A stretch of DNA of 64,000 bases from a virus: the IMG/VR virus record IMGVR_UViG_3300034988_000024. One strand, given 5' to 3'. The notes under the pieces are model-generated. The model saw only the letters and a program-made list of their open reading frames with translations, made no database searches and was not told the DNA's origin. Below, one piece after another: positions 24,526-34,300 of this stretch. The position numbers and the translations under genes were made by a program. The stretch's first letter is position 1. Each line of letters begins with the position of its first letter.

Positions 24526-24989
24526 GTTTGGCCACTGTCTCCCTGGTAGGAACGTCGTTTCCGGCGCCGCTGGGGAGGTCGTCCCCGCCCGCCGCTGCTT
24601 CTGTTGCGGTAGGGCGGTCTCTCCTGGCGCTCCTTGCGGGCCTCGCCATTGCTGGACTCGCTCTTCTCCTGATCCCGCTTGAAGGTGGCATTCCTGTCGC
24701 GAACCTCGTCGAATGCTTCGAGAAAATCGCTCCTGTAGTCGTGCACTATATCGAGCAGCTCTCTGAAGGCGCGGGTGGACAGTCGGATATAATGCTTGTC
24801 GATCTTGAGGGTGGCGTTGATTCGGAAGAAGCCTTCGTCGCCGCCGACAAATACGGGGCGCTCGATGGTGACCTCTACCAGCAGAGGCACACGGTTGATG
24901 TCACGCTCTACGCGGCACACGGTGCGAATTTTCCGCCAGTAGTCGATGTGGGGGCGGCTGGTTTGTGGCTGATTGTTTTGGTCGTTCAT
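24522..24989 (-). CDS. hypothetical protein with RGG/basic C-terminal tail (start trimmed to MNDQNN)
   Basis: SD AGGA before the internal ATG; the longer version would overlap the exonuclease gene. Confidence 0.5.
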   Translation of the reverse strand: MNDQNNQPQTSRPHIDYWRKIRTVCRVERDINRVPLLVEVTIERPVFVGGDEGFFRINATLKIDKHYIRLSTRAFRELLDIVHDYRSDFLEAFDEVRDRNATFKRDQEKSESSNGEARKERQERPPYRNRSSGGRGRPPQRRRKRRSYQGDSGQT

Positions 24990-25005
24990 TGGAATTCCTG
25001 TTGGT

Positions 25006-25833
25006 TTAGAACGGAATATCGGGATCGCTTTCCTCTTCTTTTTCCTCTCCGAATAGGGCTCCTTGTCCTTCTGGTTGCTTCTTCTCGAATTCAATCTCTA
25101 GTACAGACCAGTCGATCGATTCGATAAGTTTGGTGATCATGGCGTCGTTCTTGGCGAGCGCCTTGCTTTTGATGCTGTGTAGCAGGTTGTTGTGAGTAAC
25201 GGTGGCGATCTTTCCCATTACGTGCATGAGACGCAGAAGAACGTATGCTTCCTGTATGACATCGCATTGGCCGTAGGAATAGACCGTCTCCAGCTCACCC
25301 TTTTCGACCAGCTCGAAAACGTCGTCGCCGGCAACGTCGAACTTTCCAGGCAAGCCGATGAGCTGGGCGTAGTAGTCAAGCTTGGCTCGCCAAGATGCCC
25401 CGTGGCCAGTGAGCTTGTCAGAGAGGTCGATGTGTCGATTCCACTTGTAGCGGTAAGCAAAGTCGTCGTTGAAGTGCTCCGGGAAAGGGATTCCGTAGTG
25501 CATGGCGCGATACATGATGAGCGCCATATCGAAGTTGCGACCGTTGAAGGTGACCACAGAAGGCCGGTACTCGCGGATTTGCTCAATGAAATCTGTAATG
25601 GCCGAGCGTTCGTTGCCGGGGTCGCCGAAGGTGCCGATCCACTTGCACCTGTTGTACTCTTTGCTCAGCTCGATGAGAAGTCCAGCGTTGCACACAATTC
25701 GGTGGCATGGAATTGGGGGGAATGCCTTTGGGTCGTCCTCTGGTGGCGCCCAGTCTATGTCCTTGTTCGGAGCAGTCTCAAGGTCCATAACGAGGTAATA
25801 CATCGGTTCTCCTTCGGGCAGTGTTAGAGCCAT
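25006..25833 (-). CDS. 3'-5' exonuclease, DnaQ/PolB-exo-like (DEDD)
   Basis: Exo I YLVMDLETA, Exo II FNGRNFDMALIMYRA, Exo III YSYGQCDVIQEAYVLLRL. Confidence 0.7.
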   Translation of the reverse strand: MALTLPEGEPMYYLVMDLETAPNKDIDWAPPEDDPKAFPPIPCHRIVCNAGLLIELSKEYNRCKWIGTFGDPGNERSAITDFIEQIREYRPSVVTFNGRNFDMALIMYRAMHYGIPFPEHFNDDFAYRYKWNRHIDLSDKLTGHGASWRAKLDYYAQLIGLPGKFDVAGDDVFELVEKGELETVYSYGQCDVIQEAYVLLRLMHVMGKIATVTHNNLLHSIKSKALAKNDAMITKLIESIDWSVLEIEFEKKQPEGQGALFGEEKEEESDPDIPF

Positions 25834-26045
25834 GTCTCGACGATGACCGGATCGTCGCCAGGCATGCGGTCAAGATACACCTTGTCTTGCGGAATGAAGG
25901 CGCGAATTTCTTCAAGTGTTTTCGCGGTGTGAACGTCGTTTGTCGGTTTGTCGTTCAGCCATCGGCGCACGACATAGAGCCCCGGGTAGTCCAGGGGGTT
26001 GTAGTACACGGTGTAGATCTCTACTGCGTCATTGTGTGCAGTCAT
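25824..26045 (-). CDS. hypothetical protein (73 aa)
   Basis: ORF overlapping the exonuclease start by about 10 nt. Confidence 0.45.
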   Translation of the reverse strand: MTAHNDAVEIYTVYYNPLDYPGLYVVRRWLNDKPTNDVHTAKTLEEIRAFIPQDKVYLDRMPGDDPVIVETWL

Positions 26046-26277
26046 CGATCGACCTCAGTTGCAAGGCTTCTGTCTCCTCTCTCTCGTCGACGCTGAGAAG
26101 GAGGTCTCGAAGCTCTTCCAGTTCCAGAAGGAAAATGACACCTGGGTCGTCTCCTGCTCGAATAGCCGACAGGGCGCTGCTCAGTGTGGATCCGTAGCCG
26201 ACGGCGTCATCGCCTCGGAGAAAAAGACCGGGCCAGTCGTCGCCAAAGCGGATTGCTCCGGACTCAGGTCGCGACAT
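26029..26277 (-). CDS. hypothetical acidic protein (82 aa)
   Basis: ORF. Confidence 0.4.
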   Translation of the reverse strand: MSRPESGAIRFGDDWPGLFLRGDDAVGYGSTLSSALSAIRAGDDPGVIFLLELEELRDLLLSVDEREETEALQLRSIDDCTQ

Positions 26278-26722
26278 CCTCCGCCCCCTCTTCCTTCTTC
26301 ATGCCGCGACGGATGGCGTCAGCCATCTCAAAGGCAGCTCCTGCAATGTCGTTGAGGCTGGTGCGCTGAACGTCGTTCCAGCGCTCGATGGCACCGCGGT
26401 AGTCCTCTTCCTTGCTGATGGCGGCGATGATGCCTTTGCGATCCATGATGCCACCGACAACGGCTGTGTCGAGGCAGTCAGCGATCTTGGCTTTGTTCTC
26501 CGTTACGAAGTCGTCGACGATGCCTTTCTCCTTCATCCATTGCTCGATATAGTCATCACCGGCGAGCAAAAAGACTGGGAGAACATCTCTTCCTTCTTCG
26601 TCGGTGAGACCGAGCTTGCCTCTGCCAAGATAGAGAATGGCGGCGATGGCGACTTTTTCGTCGTCGTACTCGATGGTGATGGGGTCACTCGGGTTGCTGA
26701 TTTCGTAAATCATCAGAACCAT
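26264..26722 (-). CDS. hypothetical protein (start trimmed to MVLMIYE)
   Basis: ORF. Confidence 0.45.
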   Translation of the reverse strand: MVLMIYEISNPSDPITIEYDDEKVAIAAILYLGRGKLGLTDEEGRDVLPVFLLAGDDYIEQWMKEKGIVDDFVTENKAKIADCLDTAVVGGIMDRKGIIAAISKEEDYRGAIERWNDVQRTSLNDIAGAAFEMADAIRRGMKKEEGAEDVAT

Positions 26723-26844
26723 CCAAGTCGTCTGTGTATTTCGTTTACGATGAGTCCACCCACGATGGCTGGGACAAAAAGGCAACCTGGGAAGGAAAGC
26801 GCCCAGTTGCGGAGATCAAACCATCCTGACGGGGGCATTGGCAT

Positions 26845-27285
26845 TTAATCCTCTATTTTTTCTAGGCCCAGAGAGCACCTTAGGTGTCTGAGCCAGTAAA
26901 GCATTCCAATGATGGAACGCACTCGCATAACGGCTGGGTTGTTGACGAAAAAGTGTTCGAGAACCTCGTCATACTCGATAACGATGACCGGCTTGTTGTG
27001 GCTGATGGCGGCGCCCAGGTCGACGAAGGAGCCTCGTCCTCCCATTCCCTTGGCCATCAGGAGGATACAGACGTCAGCGGTAACAGCGCCTTCTATGGGC
27101 TTGACTGTAAGTTGTGCGAGCTTGTCGAAAGTGGCGTCTTCCTCTTCTTTGTTTTCTTCAACCCAGTCAAAGGTGATCGTGTAACCCTCCCTGCGCAGGG
27201 CACTCATGACCTGCTCAGCAAGGTCTTTTCTCTTAAGCGTCCCTATAACGTAGACGCGGAGGCTTTTGGGTTCGAGGCTGGGCAT
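26845..27285 (-). CDS. nucleoside 2-deoxyribosyltransferase-like (Rossmann/flavodoxin-like) protein, tentative
   Basis: RVYVIGTL...DWVE...VCILLMAKGMGGRGSFVDLGAAISHNKPVIVI pattern; low specificity. Confidence 0.35.
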   Translation of the reverse strand: MPSLEPKSLRVYVIGTLKRKDLAEQVMSALRREGYTITFDWVEENKEEEDATFDKLAQLTVKPIEGAVTADVCILLMAKGMGGRGSFVDLGAAISHNKPVIVIEYDEVLEHFFVNNPAVMRVRSIIGMLYWLRHLRCSLGLEKIED

Positions 27286-27586
27286 AAAATTGTCCTTGTG
27301 CGACCCACGTCTTCGTCGCGACGTCGTAGTGGGCCAGTGATCGGTCTTCGAGCCATGCAAGCATCTGCCTGGTAATGGATCTTCCGATGTTGTTAATTGC
27401 GGTCCACGCCTTCAGATCTTTCCAGGTGCGCGGATGGCGGAGATAGTTCCACAGGGGCTTAGACCATTCAGTCCATTTTGGACTGTCAGAGCGCGGCACC
27501 ACTTGTCCTTGCTTGAGAGGGACGAGCCGCCACTTCCTTGGCATCGGGCAAGTAGCACCCTCTTCTGTTATCAAAGGAGCTTGCAT
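27233..27586 (-). CDS. hypothetical protein (start trimmed)
   Basis: ORF; overlaps the downstream gene. Confidence 0.35.
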   Translation of the reverse strand: MQAPLITEEGATCPMPRKWRLVPLKQGQVVPRSDSPKWTEWSKPLWNYLRHPRTWKDLKAWTAINNIGRSITRQMLAWLEDRSLAHYDVATKTWVAQGQFYAQPRTQKPPRLRYRDA

Positions 27587-27603
27587 CGCGTAATTGTACT
27601 CGC

Positions 27604-28038
27604 TTAGTCCGTGGACTTCGACTGCTCGGCCCCCTTGGGGAGCGTCACGGAATCGTTCTTTATGGGCAGAGGGCCGGTCCACTTCCAGATGGGAACTCGG
27701 CGCCCGTGCGAGCCGCTTTTGATCATGCCGACCTCTTCCCAGCCCTTCTTGCGGAAGACGACTCCCATGAAGCGCGGGTCGACGTCATCGAGCTTCTCGG
27801 CCAGCTCGGGGAACTGGCGCATGAGCTGGAAGACTATAGTCGAGGTGACGGTTCCGTGCATGATGGCGTAGGCCTGAGCGAGCTTGAACGCCTCGGCGAC
27901 AAGCTCTCCTCGGTGCTCCTCAAGTTTTTCGAGAGCCTCGTCGCGCTCGATCTCCTCCTCGACGATGCGGTCCTGTTGCTCCGCTTCTGAGACCTTCGCC
28001 GGTCCATGTCCAAATAAGTCCATCTGGTCCTTTGGCAT
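27604..28038 (-). CDS. hypothetical protein (start trimmed to MPKDQMDLF; SD AAGGGGA)
   Basis: ORF. Confidence 0.45.
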   Translation of the reverse strand: MPKDQMDLFGHGPAKVSEAEQQDRIVEEEIERDEALEKLEEHRGELVAEAFKLAQAYAIMHGTVTSTIVFQLMRQFPELAEKLDDVDPRFMGVVFRKKGWEEVGMIKSGSHGRRVPIWKWTGPLPIKNDSVTLPKGAEQSKSTD

Positions 28039-28064
28039 AGGTGTCCCCTTCGGATTTGTGAGCG

Positions 28065-28331
28065 TCAGCCGTGCTTGTCTACTAACTTCGTCCCCAGGAC
28101 GTCGTCCAGGAAGCAACGACCAACGTGTGAGCCCAGCCACTGGATCACGGTTGCTGCCACCTCCGCGTCGCGGTCAGACACTTCGCCAGCAGGACGGTTG
28201 TTGTCTTTGGCGAGCAGGTAATCGAGGACGCCTCGGCCACCGTTGCGGCGTTGCCATTCGTCCGCGAATTTCTTTTCGAGAGGGTTGTCCCCGAACCTAT
28301 ACCTGTGGAGCCCCTTGTGTCTCGTCTCCAT
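28065..28331 (-). CDS. hypothetical protein (88 aa)
   Basis: ORF. Confidence 0.45.
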   Translation of the reverse strand: METRHKGLHRYRFGDNPLEKKFADEWQRRNGGRGVLDYLLAKDNNRPAGEVSDRDAEVAATVIQWLGSHVGRCFLDDVLGTKLVDKHG

Positions 28332-28629
28332 AGTTCTCCTCGGCGAATACTTGAGCCAATTCCTGGTGGTTTCCTGTGAACAGGTCTTGGTAGAGGCGCG
28401 TGAACCGGTAGTCGACGTATGCCTTCTGTGACACGCGCTTCATGATGTTGTGAGCCCGGAGCTTGGCTTCGCCCCGGTTAATTGCTTCTAGCGTCTCTTC
28501 CCTGAAGAGACGCCAAACGCGAGGGTTCTCTTTGTGGAACTTGGCGAAGGCTTCTTCAAGCTCTTGGCCGCTGAGCTGCTTGAGCTTACGCTCCCCAAAC
28601 TCGAATCCGATCTGTTCCTTGTCGTCCAT
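28297..28629 (-). CDS. hypothetical protein (110 aa)
   Basis: ORF. Confidence 0.45.
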   Translation of the reverse strand: MDDKEQIGFEFGERKLKQLSGQELEEAFAKFHKENPRVWRLFREETLEAINRGEAKLRAHNIMKRVSQKAYVDYRFTRLYQDLFTGNHQELAQVFAEENYGDETQGAPQV

Positions 28630-29573
28630 TACTTCTTTCGGCGTTCCGGCATAACGGCCGTAGGTCCCTCGAAAAGCTCTTTTGGCCAGACCTCAATGGC
28701 GTGCTGGCGAGAGCGATCGTAGCGGTTGGTGGCCCACCGGCCGTAGTTGGCGGTGCGCAGCTCTTTGATGAGCAGCTCTCCAAACACCGTTCCTTTCGGG
28801 TTCGCTTGGTCCGCTACCTTCTTTAGTCGCGTCATGGCCGGCGATGGCGCATTGACCTTGTAGTTCCACCACATGGCCATTGCGAGATCATTGATGGGGT
28901 TGTCAGGGAATGGGTTAGGGTTGTTGATCTCGCCGCGGTATGCCAGCTCCTCGACGGTCTGTCGATCCATCTTCCTGCTTCGGTGCCGCTGGCCGAACTT
29001 GATGAGCTGTTCGTGGCCGTACTTGATTTGGATGGGGATGGTCATGGGCATCGCGAAGAGTTGGTGGAAGGCGATTGCCCACTTCTTCGCTTGGTTCCAC
29101 TGCTTGCCGCGGGCCGGAACCTGTCCTCCCATTGGAGTGAAGGTGTCTCGAATGGTCTTGGTCGTAACAGCCTTGCCCGTCTCGATGATGCGGAGCACCC
29201 CGTCGTCGCCCAAGAACCAGCCTTCGTCCTCGAATGGAAGGTAATAGGGCACAGGAACAACGAAGTCGAGGCGTCGGAGCATCTTGAACAGCGTCCCCTG
29301 TTGCGACATCTGGCGCGGGTAGACTGCAACGAGCTGCTCCAGAGCGGCGGTGACGGCTGTTCCGTCGGCCATCATGACCGAGCCCGCCTTGCCTCCGCTC
29401 TCAACCATCGTCGTCAGCCAGAAGGCCCGGTCGAGGTGTGTATCGCCCATCGTGGGGATGGAATCGAAGGCGGGGACGGTTCCTCGGATGACGGGGCCTG
29501 AGTACTTTCCGATAGAGCGCCTCAAAACCTTGGGGACTGGCACATCGACTTCAGCAGGTGTGCGAAACGGCAT
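28629..29573 (-). CDS. hypothetical protein (start trimmed to MPFRTPAEV; SD GAGGGG)
   Basis: ORF; promoter motif about 95 nt upstream on its strand. Confidence 0.55.
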   Translation of the reverse strand: MPFRTPAEVDVPVPKVLRRSIGKYSGPVIRGTVPAFDSIPTMGDTHLDRAFWLTTMVESGGKAGSVMMADGTAVTAALEQLVAVYPRQMSQQGTLFKMLRRLDFVVPVPYYLPFEDEGWFLGDDGVLRIIETGKAVTTKTIRDTFTPMGGQVPARGKQWNQAKKWAIAFHQLFAMPMTIPIQIKYGHEQLIKFGQRHRSRKMDRQTVEELAYRGEINNPNPFPDNPINDLAMAMWWNYKVNAPSPAMTRLKKVADQANPKGTVFGELLIKELRTANYGRWATNRYDRSRQHAIEVWPKELFEGPTAVMPERRKK

Positions 29574-29669
29574 ATTCCCCTCAAAAAATCCCGAACGCCC
29601 AAGGGTCACGCAACGGTTGTGGATTTATGGGGATCCTCGTCCGACGCGCGACCCTGGGCATTCGAGCGT

Positions 29670-29683
29670 GTAGCATATGCTAC
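29670..29683 (-). promoter_or_regulatory. perfect palindrome GTAGCATATGCTAC with TTGACA 16-17 nt upstream on the minus strand
   Basis: Reverse complement reads CTTGACAGGTCAGAGTCGCTTGGGTAGCATATGCTAC. Confidence 0.55.
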
Positions 29684-29712
29684 CCAAGCGACTCTGACCT
29701 GTCAAGGTGGAA

Positions 29713-30570
29713 TCACCTGATATGTTTTGGGGTGGCCTTGAATTTTCGGACGAGGGAAGCGGGGCAGGCTCTGTTTATCTCGGGTATATCGACGCCCCAC
29801 TTCTGACGAAAGTACTCTCGGTAGAGGTCGGGAGGAAAAGCCGGTCGGCACTCGTTGATGTAGTCGGGAGTGTCGCACTCTCCCGCGCCGCTGCTGTAAC
29901 ATCCGGGGTCGGTGCAGAGGACGGACTTGAAACCTGCCTTGGTTGCCTGCCACATTAGGTCGAAGTTGTCCATTCCGTAGCGATAATGAGGGTCTGGGCG
30001 GCATTTCATAATCAGTTCGCGTTTGAATATGGTGCAGCCAACTTCAGTGACATCGCAAACGAACCATTCGGGTCCTTCGGGTATCCGTCGGTGGGCGTGG
30101 TGCCCAACGGCTTTGACCAGGCTTGGGGCTCCATTGCTGTCTTTGTTGGCCCACCAGAGAAAGGGGCGCATTCCGGGCGGGGCGAGCATGGCGTATCCGA
30201 CGTTGTGCTGGTTGGACACCTGCTCGCGCTCGAAGCAGCGCATCAGTGCGTCAAAGGCGCCCTCTTCGAAGGTGATGTCATCGTCGATCTTTGCCCAGAA
30301 GTCGAAACGCTCTTTTTCGAAGCGGGACAAGGTTATTTGGCAAGCGGGTGCAACGCCGACGTTTTCCTGAAGCTGTACGTAGGTGAGGTGTAGCTTCGGG
30401 AATTGCCTTGGATTCGGTGGACGTATCCACTGCCTTAGTGGCCCTTGAATGATCACTTCAACGTGATGCTGAAGCATCGACGCGTGATTGAGGCTGTCGA
30501 GAGTGTTAGTGAGGCACTTGCGTGTCCTCGCTGGGTGATGAAGGACCGTCGTCAGGATTCTTTGTTCCAT
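29713..30570 (-). CDS. putative glycosyltransferase-like protein
   Basis: DxD-like IDDDITFEEGAFD; otherwise uncharacterised. Confidence 0.4.
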   Translation of the reverse strand: MEQRILTTVLHHPARTRKCLTNTLDSLNHASMLQHHVEVIIQGPLRQWIRPPNPRQFPKLHLTYVQLQENVGVAPACQITLSRFEKERFDFWAKIDDDITFEEGAFDALMRCFEREQVSNQHNVGYAMLAPPGMRPFLWWANKDSNGAPSLVKAVGHHAHRRIPEGPEWFVCDVTEVGCTIFKRELIMKCRPDPHYRYGMDNFDLMWQATKAGFKSVLCTDPGCYSSGAGECDTPDYINECRPAFPPDLYREYFRQKWGVDIPEINRACPASLVRKFKATPKHIR

Positions 30571-30573
30571 GGG

Positions 30574-31104
30574 TCAGGCGTACTGTTTGTGCCAGTGAGG
30601 GGCCGCGTTCTCTGGAATTTCAACGCCGAAATAGAGTAGCCTCCGTTCATGCGAGTCTACGAGCTGTTCGTCGATGTTGTCCATTGTCCAGGAGTGCTGA
30701 CGCCAGAGACCATCTCTGCTCAGGGCGTAGCCGGTCATGATGCTGTAGCGATCCGGGTCTGTCTCCCAAACGCGAGCTGCGTTTCCATGGCAGTTCGAGG
30801 GCTCACCTGGGACAAGGAGCATACGATTCGGGGGTAACTCAACGAAAAAACCGTAGTTGGCGATCGCCTCGATGTCAGGCTCTCCACCGGGAGGAATGAG
30901 AACGTGGTGCCCCTTGGCGCGCAGAAGCACACCGATTAGCTTCTGGTGAAGTTTTCGCTGCTTGGGTCTCATCTGGTCAAGCTTTTCTTCGGTGTTTTTA
31001 TCGAGCCACCGAAGCCAATCGGCGAAGTTGGCGCGGCTGGTGTAGCCGCTGCCTCGAAACCAGCGGTCCTTGCCGCGCCCGAAGAAAAGATCAAGCAGCC
31101 CCAT
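30574..31104 (-). CDS. hypothetical protein (176 aa)
   Basis: ORF. Confidence 0.5.
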   Translation of the reverse strand: MGLLDLFFGRGKDRWFRGSGYTSRANFADWLRWLDKNTEEKLDQMRPKQRKLHQKLIGVLLRAKGHHVLIPPGGEPDIEAIANYGFFVELPPNRMLLVPGEPSNCHGNAARVWETDPDRYSIMTGYALSRDGLWRQHSWTMDNIDEQLVDSHERRLLYFGVEIPENAAPHWHKQYA

Positions 31105-31181
31105 GCGATCCTCCGTGAGAATTACTTTATCAGAGAATCAGTCATTCAGAATGTTGTTTGTTTTTGTGCCGATACTCCTTG

Positions 31182-31418
31182 TTAGCTTTTCTTCAACCAA
31201 CCCTCGATCTCTTCGATTCCATCAGCGATGGGGATCGCGGGGCTTTCTTTTAGACGGATTGCTGGAACCTTCTTGATGCCAAGGGGGTGTCGTCCGTCGG
31301 GGTGTACTTCTCCTATTACCGGCTCGAAATCGAAGGCGATGTTGGCCGTTTTTAAAAGCGCCTTCGCGCGAATAGTCCAATGATTACCCTCGTATCCATA
31401 AAGGATGTAGCGTGCCAT
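31182..31418 (-). CDS. thioredoxin/glutaredoxin-fold-like small protein lacking CxxC
   Basis: YILYGYEGNHWTIRAKALL resembles the start of a Grx fold; no Cys. Confidence 0.3.
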   Translation of the reverse strand: MARYILYGYEGNHWTIRAKALLKTANIAFDFEPVIGEVHPDGRHPLGIKKVPAIRLKESPAIPIADGIEEIEGWLKKS

Positions 31419-31475
31419 GCTATTAGTTTAACAGAAGAGAATGTAAAAAAGAGGGTGATTCGGGGTCTATTACCC

Positions 31476-32462
31476 TCAGCTCATCGCCCAGTCTGGAAGG
31501 AGCAATGGTTCCGAGGGGTTGGAATCGAGGTGCTCTTCAGGAGTGGCGCTCAGGAAGTCGTAGAGAACGAAACGATGCTTTGGAGGAAGCTTCTTTCCCC
31601 GCGAGACGATGCGCACGCCAACGTTGCGTCCCTCTAGGTCCGAGAGCAGAAGCCCCTTGTTCAGGCACTGGAGGATGAAGTCGCCGAGCTTCTTTGCCCC
31701 TGGCACAGAACGGAGGTTGGTGATGGCGTTGATGAGGTGCTGCTCTGTTTGCTGAAGCCGAGGAATTTCGTCCATGATTCTCTTGTAGGAGCAGCGCTCG
31801 GCCAGCTCGACGATGTCTTCGTTGTAGACCTTGGACCAGTACTCTACGGGGGCGAGAGCCTCTTTCAGCTCCCGGACATTTCCGGAAATGTCCGGAAAAA
31901 CCTCTTCTAGCTTCTCATCCTCAATCGGCAAAATGTCTTCGCGACCGATGATGAAGATTCTTTGCTCGTCCTCTGGGATATCCTCGTCGTCCTCATAGTT
32001 GCGCTCGATGATGAAGCGAGGGATGGAAATTCCTGGATGTTGGTAGAGATCTTTATCCATCGAGATAAAGCGCCAGGCGAGCACCTCAGGGACAGACTTC
32101 GTAATCTTGGCGACGTATCCCGAGTCATGCCCCATTGCGTGATAGACGCAGCCCTGGCCTCCGCAGGCGATAAAATCCTTTTTAACGTCGATGGCCTCGA
32201 AGGGTGCTGTTCGAATGTCGAGCCCTTTGGCTTTTTTCTTGAGCCTTTTGGCTTTTTTTTCTGTGAGATCACGGAGCCGGGATCCGATTTCCCAGTTTAT
32301 TTGCCCCCAGTCTTCCTTGATGCGGTCGTAGGTTGCATCGGAAAAAGGGAAATAATCTTCGTGGTCTTCGGGTGGTGGTAGTAGGGCTAATCTCATACCT
32401 GGATTCCTCACGCCTGTATCTTCGACGTAGGGGAAAGCAGGTTTCGGACCAAAAAATCCCAT
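31476..32462 (-). CDS. atypical protein-kinase-like protein
   Basis: Gly-rich loop and Lys IACGGQGCVYHAMGHDSGYVAKITK; catalytic-loop-like LLLSDLEGRNVGV; SD GGGAGG. Confidence 0.45.
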   Translation of the reverse strand: MGFFGPKPAFPYVEDTGVRNPGMRLALLPPPEDHEDYFPFSDATYDRIKEDWGQINWEIGSRLRDLTEKKAKRLKKKAKGLDIRTAPFEAIDVKKDFIACGGQGCVYHAMGHDSGYVAKITKSVPEVLAWRFISMDKDLYQHPGISIPRFIIERNYEDDEDIPEDEQRIFIIGREDILPIEDEKLEEVFPDISGNVRELKEALAPVEYWSKVYNEDIVELAERCSYKRIMDEIPRLQQTEQHLINAITNLRSVPGAKKLGDFILQCLNKGLLLSDLEGRNVGVRIVSRGKKLPPKHRFVLYDFLSATPEEHLDSNPSEPLLLPDWAMS

Positions 32463-32603
32463 GGCTACCTCCCGAAATCGATCTTCCAGTCACCTTTGCT
32501 GAAGGCGATCTCGTAAACGTGGCGGATGCGCTTTGTCGCGCGCTCTGCGCAGTAACGGATCAAGGTGAAAGTGCTCGCGATTATTGTCCCCATGGGTGCA
32601 CTT

Positions 32604-32619
32604 TATCATATGTGTTACG
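32604..32619 (+). promoter_or_regulatory. motif variant TATCATATGTGTTACG upstream of the 32639 gene
   Basis: Same family. Confidence 0.4.
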
Positions 32620-32638
32620 TTAATTCAGGGAGGGACGC

Positions 32639-32965
32639 ATGGACACTGAGGGAAGAAATACTGAGGAGCTACTCGAACAGCTCGAAGAAAAAGTAAAAAA
32701 ACTTTGCGATCCCGCAAAAACAAGCGCGGACCAGGCGGCGCGATCTGTCGTGAGGGCTTTGGCGAGCTACATGGGAGAAGGTGGCCGTCTTCCGCAAGCA
32801 CTCACGCTGAGCATCGGCGGCTGCCTTCTTCATCACCTGGACGTCGCCGAGGACAGCGCCGATGAGGACATCAAGAGGCTCTTCGAACTCTGTGATCAAG
32901 ATACCGCTGAGCTAGAGGCTGGAGAGACTGTCGATTACAGCGCCAATAGTCCTCAGGATGAATGA
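32639..32965 (+). CDS. hypothetical acidic protein (108 aa)
   Basis: SD AGGGAGGGA upstream. Confidence 0.5.
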   Translation: MDTEGRNTEELLEQLEEKVKKLCDPAKTSADQAARSVVRALASYMGEGGRLPQALTLSIGGCLLHHLDVAEDSADEDIKRLFELCDQDTAELEAGETVDYSANSPQDE

Positions 32966-32986
32966 AAACCAAGTGAATCCGGCCAC

Positions 32987-33024
32987 TTGACAACTGTTCA
33001 CTACCTGATAGCATGTGTTATACC
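32987..33024 (+). promoter_or_regulatory. TTGACA, 16 nt, then TAGCATGTGTTATACC; upstream of gene 33015
   Basis: Sequence seen directly. Confidence 0.5.
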
Positions 33025-33803
33025 AGGTGATCATGATGAACAAGCAAGTCACAGAGTACATTGACGGCATGGGAGACAGCGGGCTCGCAGATTTGACCCG
33101 ACTGTGGCGGGATCTCACCGATCGAGGAGGGGTCTCCTACTTCATCGCCTTCAGGGTTCCGCTGGCTGCCTCTGAGGAGGCTCACAGGAGCTTCAAGGCC
33201 CGATACGATCGTCCACCTACCTGGAAAGAGATCCGCGACGAGCACGGCGTAGGGCGCTACGAGCTGGTGCTCATGGGGGCGCCCCCGAGTGAGCGTGTCT
33301 TCGGTTGGAAGAGCTGGGTCCGCAAGGGCGTCTTTGTTGCATTCCCGTGGCTCGACAACAGCGGGCAGCTCGTCCCCCGGGGCAGAGCCTGCGCGGCCAT
33401 GTTCGACACGATTGATTTCGGAATGATCAAGCCCCCTGTTCCCGAGCCCCTTGGCACGCAGGAGCAGCCGGGTCTCTTCAACCCGAAGGACGTAGCACTC
33501 CCCAAGTACGTCGCGGGGAGCGATACGTCATTCATGGCTGCTGAGAACATCGCGCCCATGATCGGCAAGCTGCAGAAGCTCGTGCTCGACGTGGTGAAGA
33601 ACGAGGGCACTAACGGCGCCACCTGCGACGAGGTCGAGGTCGCCTTGGAGATGCCGCACCAGACGGCGAGCGCTCGGATCAACGAGCTGATGGAGGCTGA
33701 TGGTGAGCGTCCTCAGATGCTCTTCGATTCAGGCTCTCGACGCAAGACGCGCCACGGGCAGCTCGCCACCGTGTGGTTGCACCGCGACGTCGTTTTTGGA
33801 TAG
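33015..33803 (+). CDS. hypothetical protein with C-terminal winged-helix-like DNA-binding region
   Basis: C-terminal LQKLVLDVVKNEGTNGATCDEVEVALEMPHQTASARINELMEAD. Confidence 0.45.
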   Translation: MLYQVIMMNKQVTEYIDGMGDSGLADLTRLWRDLTDRGGVSYFIAFRVPLAASEEAHRSFKARYDRPPTWKEIRDEHGVGRYELVLMGAPPSERVFGWKSWVRKGVFVAFPWLDNSGQLVPRGRACAAMFDTIDFGMIKPPVPEPLGTQEQPGLFNPKDVALPKYVAGSDTSFMAAENIAPMIGKLQKLVLDVVKNEGTNGATCDEVEVALEMPHQTASARINELMEADGERPQMLFDSGSRRKTRHGQLATVWLHRDVVFG

Positions 33804-33814
33804 GAGTCCTCAAG

Positions 33815-34300
33815 ATGGCAAAGAAGAATGTCCCGAATAAGGACAAACACGCCTACACCCTTCTGTCCGGGAGACAGCTTTCACTTGGCTGGCTGGACGA
33901 GATGGACATGCAGTACCTGGAAGGGCTCGCAGAGAAAGCGAAGGCCGGTGAGGACTACTTCGAGCTGCTGAAGCTCGTCCGCGGCCACGGAGCATATCCC
34001 CGAGACGGAGGATCCCTGACTCCGGAGGTGGCGCAGTCGCTGGTATTTCAAGTGGCGACGGACATCGTCGAGCGTGCCGGTATCGAGCAGGGCCTGTCAA
34101 TTCATCCTCAGGATTTATTCGATATACCGCAGGAGACGCCGCTCGTCAGCATCGCCCAGGCCGCGGAGATTATCGGCTTCTCGAAGGCGGCGACTCATCA
34201 AGCCCTGATGAAGGGAAAGTTGAGGGGATGGCTTGTTGGGAATTACTGGGTGCTCGATCGATCCAGCGTCGAAAGATTCCGTGATGCGCGGGCTGCTTAG
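33815..34300 (+). CDS. HTH DNA-binding protein (excisionase/MerR-like HTH at the C-terminus)
   Basis: VSIAQAAEIIGFSKAATHQALMKGKLRGWLVGNYWVLDRSSVERF; SD TAGGAG. Confidence 0.55.
   Translation: MAKKNVPNKDKHAYTLLSGRQLSLGWLDEMDMQYLEGLAEKAKAGEDYFELLKLVRGHGAYPRDGGSLTPEVAQSLVFQVATDIVERAGIEQGLSIHPQDLFDIPQETPLVSIAQAAEIIGFSKAATHQALMKGKLRGWLVGNYWVLDRSSVERFRDARAA

Noticed and set aside
14109-32958. Recurring CCTGAGGAC/CCTCAGGAT element near several promoter regions (14109, 16808, 18006, 32949)
   Set aside because: Two copies fall in the last codons of genes (encoding SPEDE/SPQDE) and similar strings occur inside other genes (36055, 44076). It is too short and too frequent to call a regulatory element without statistics.
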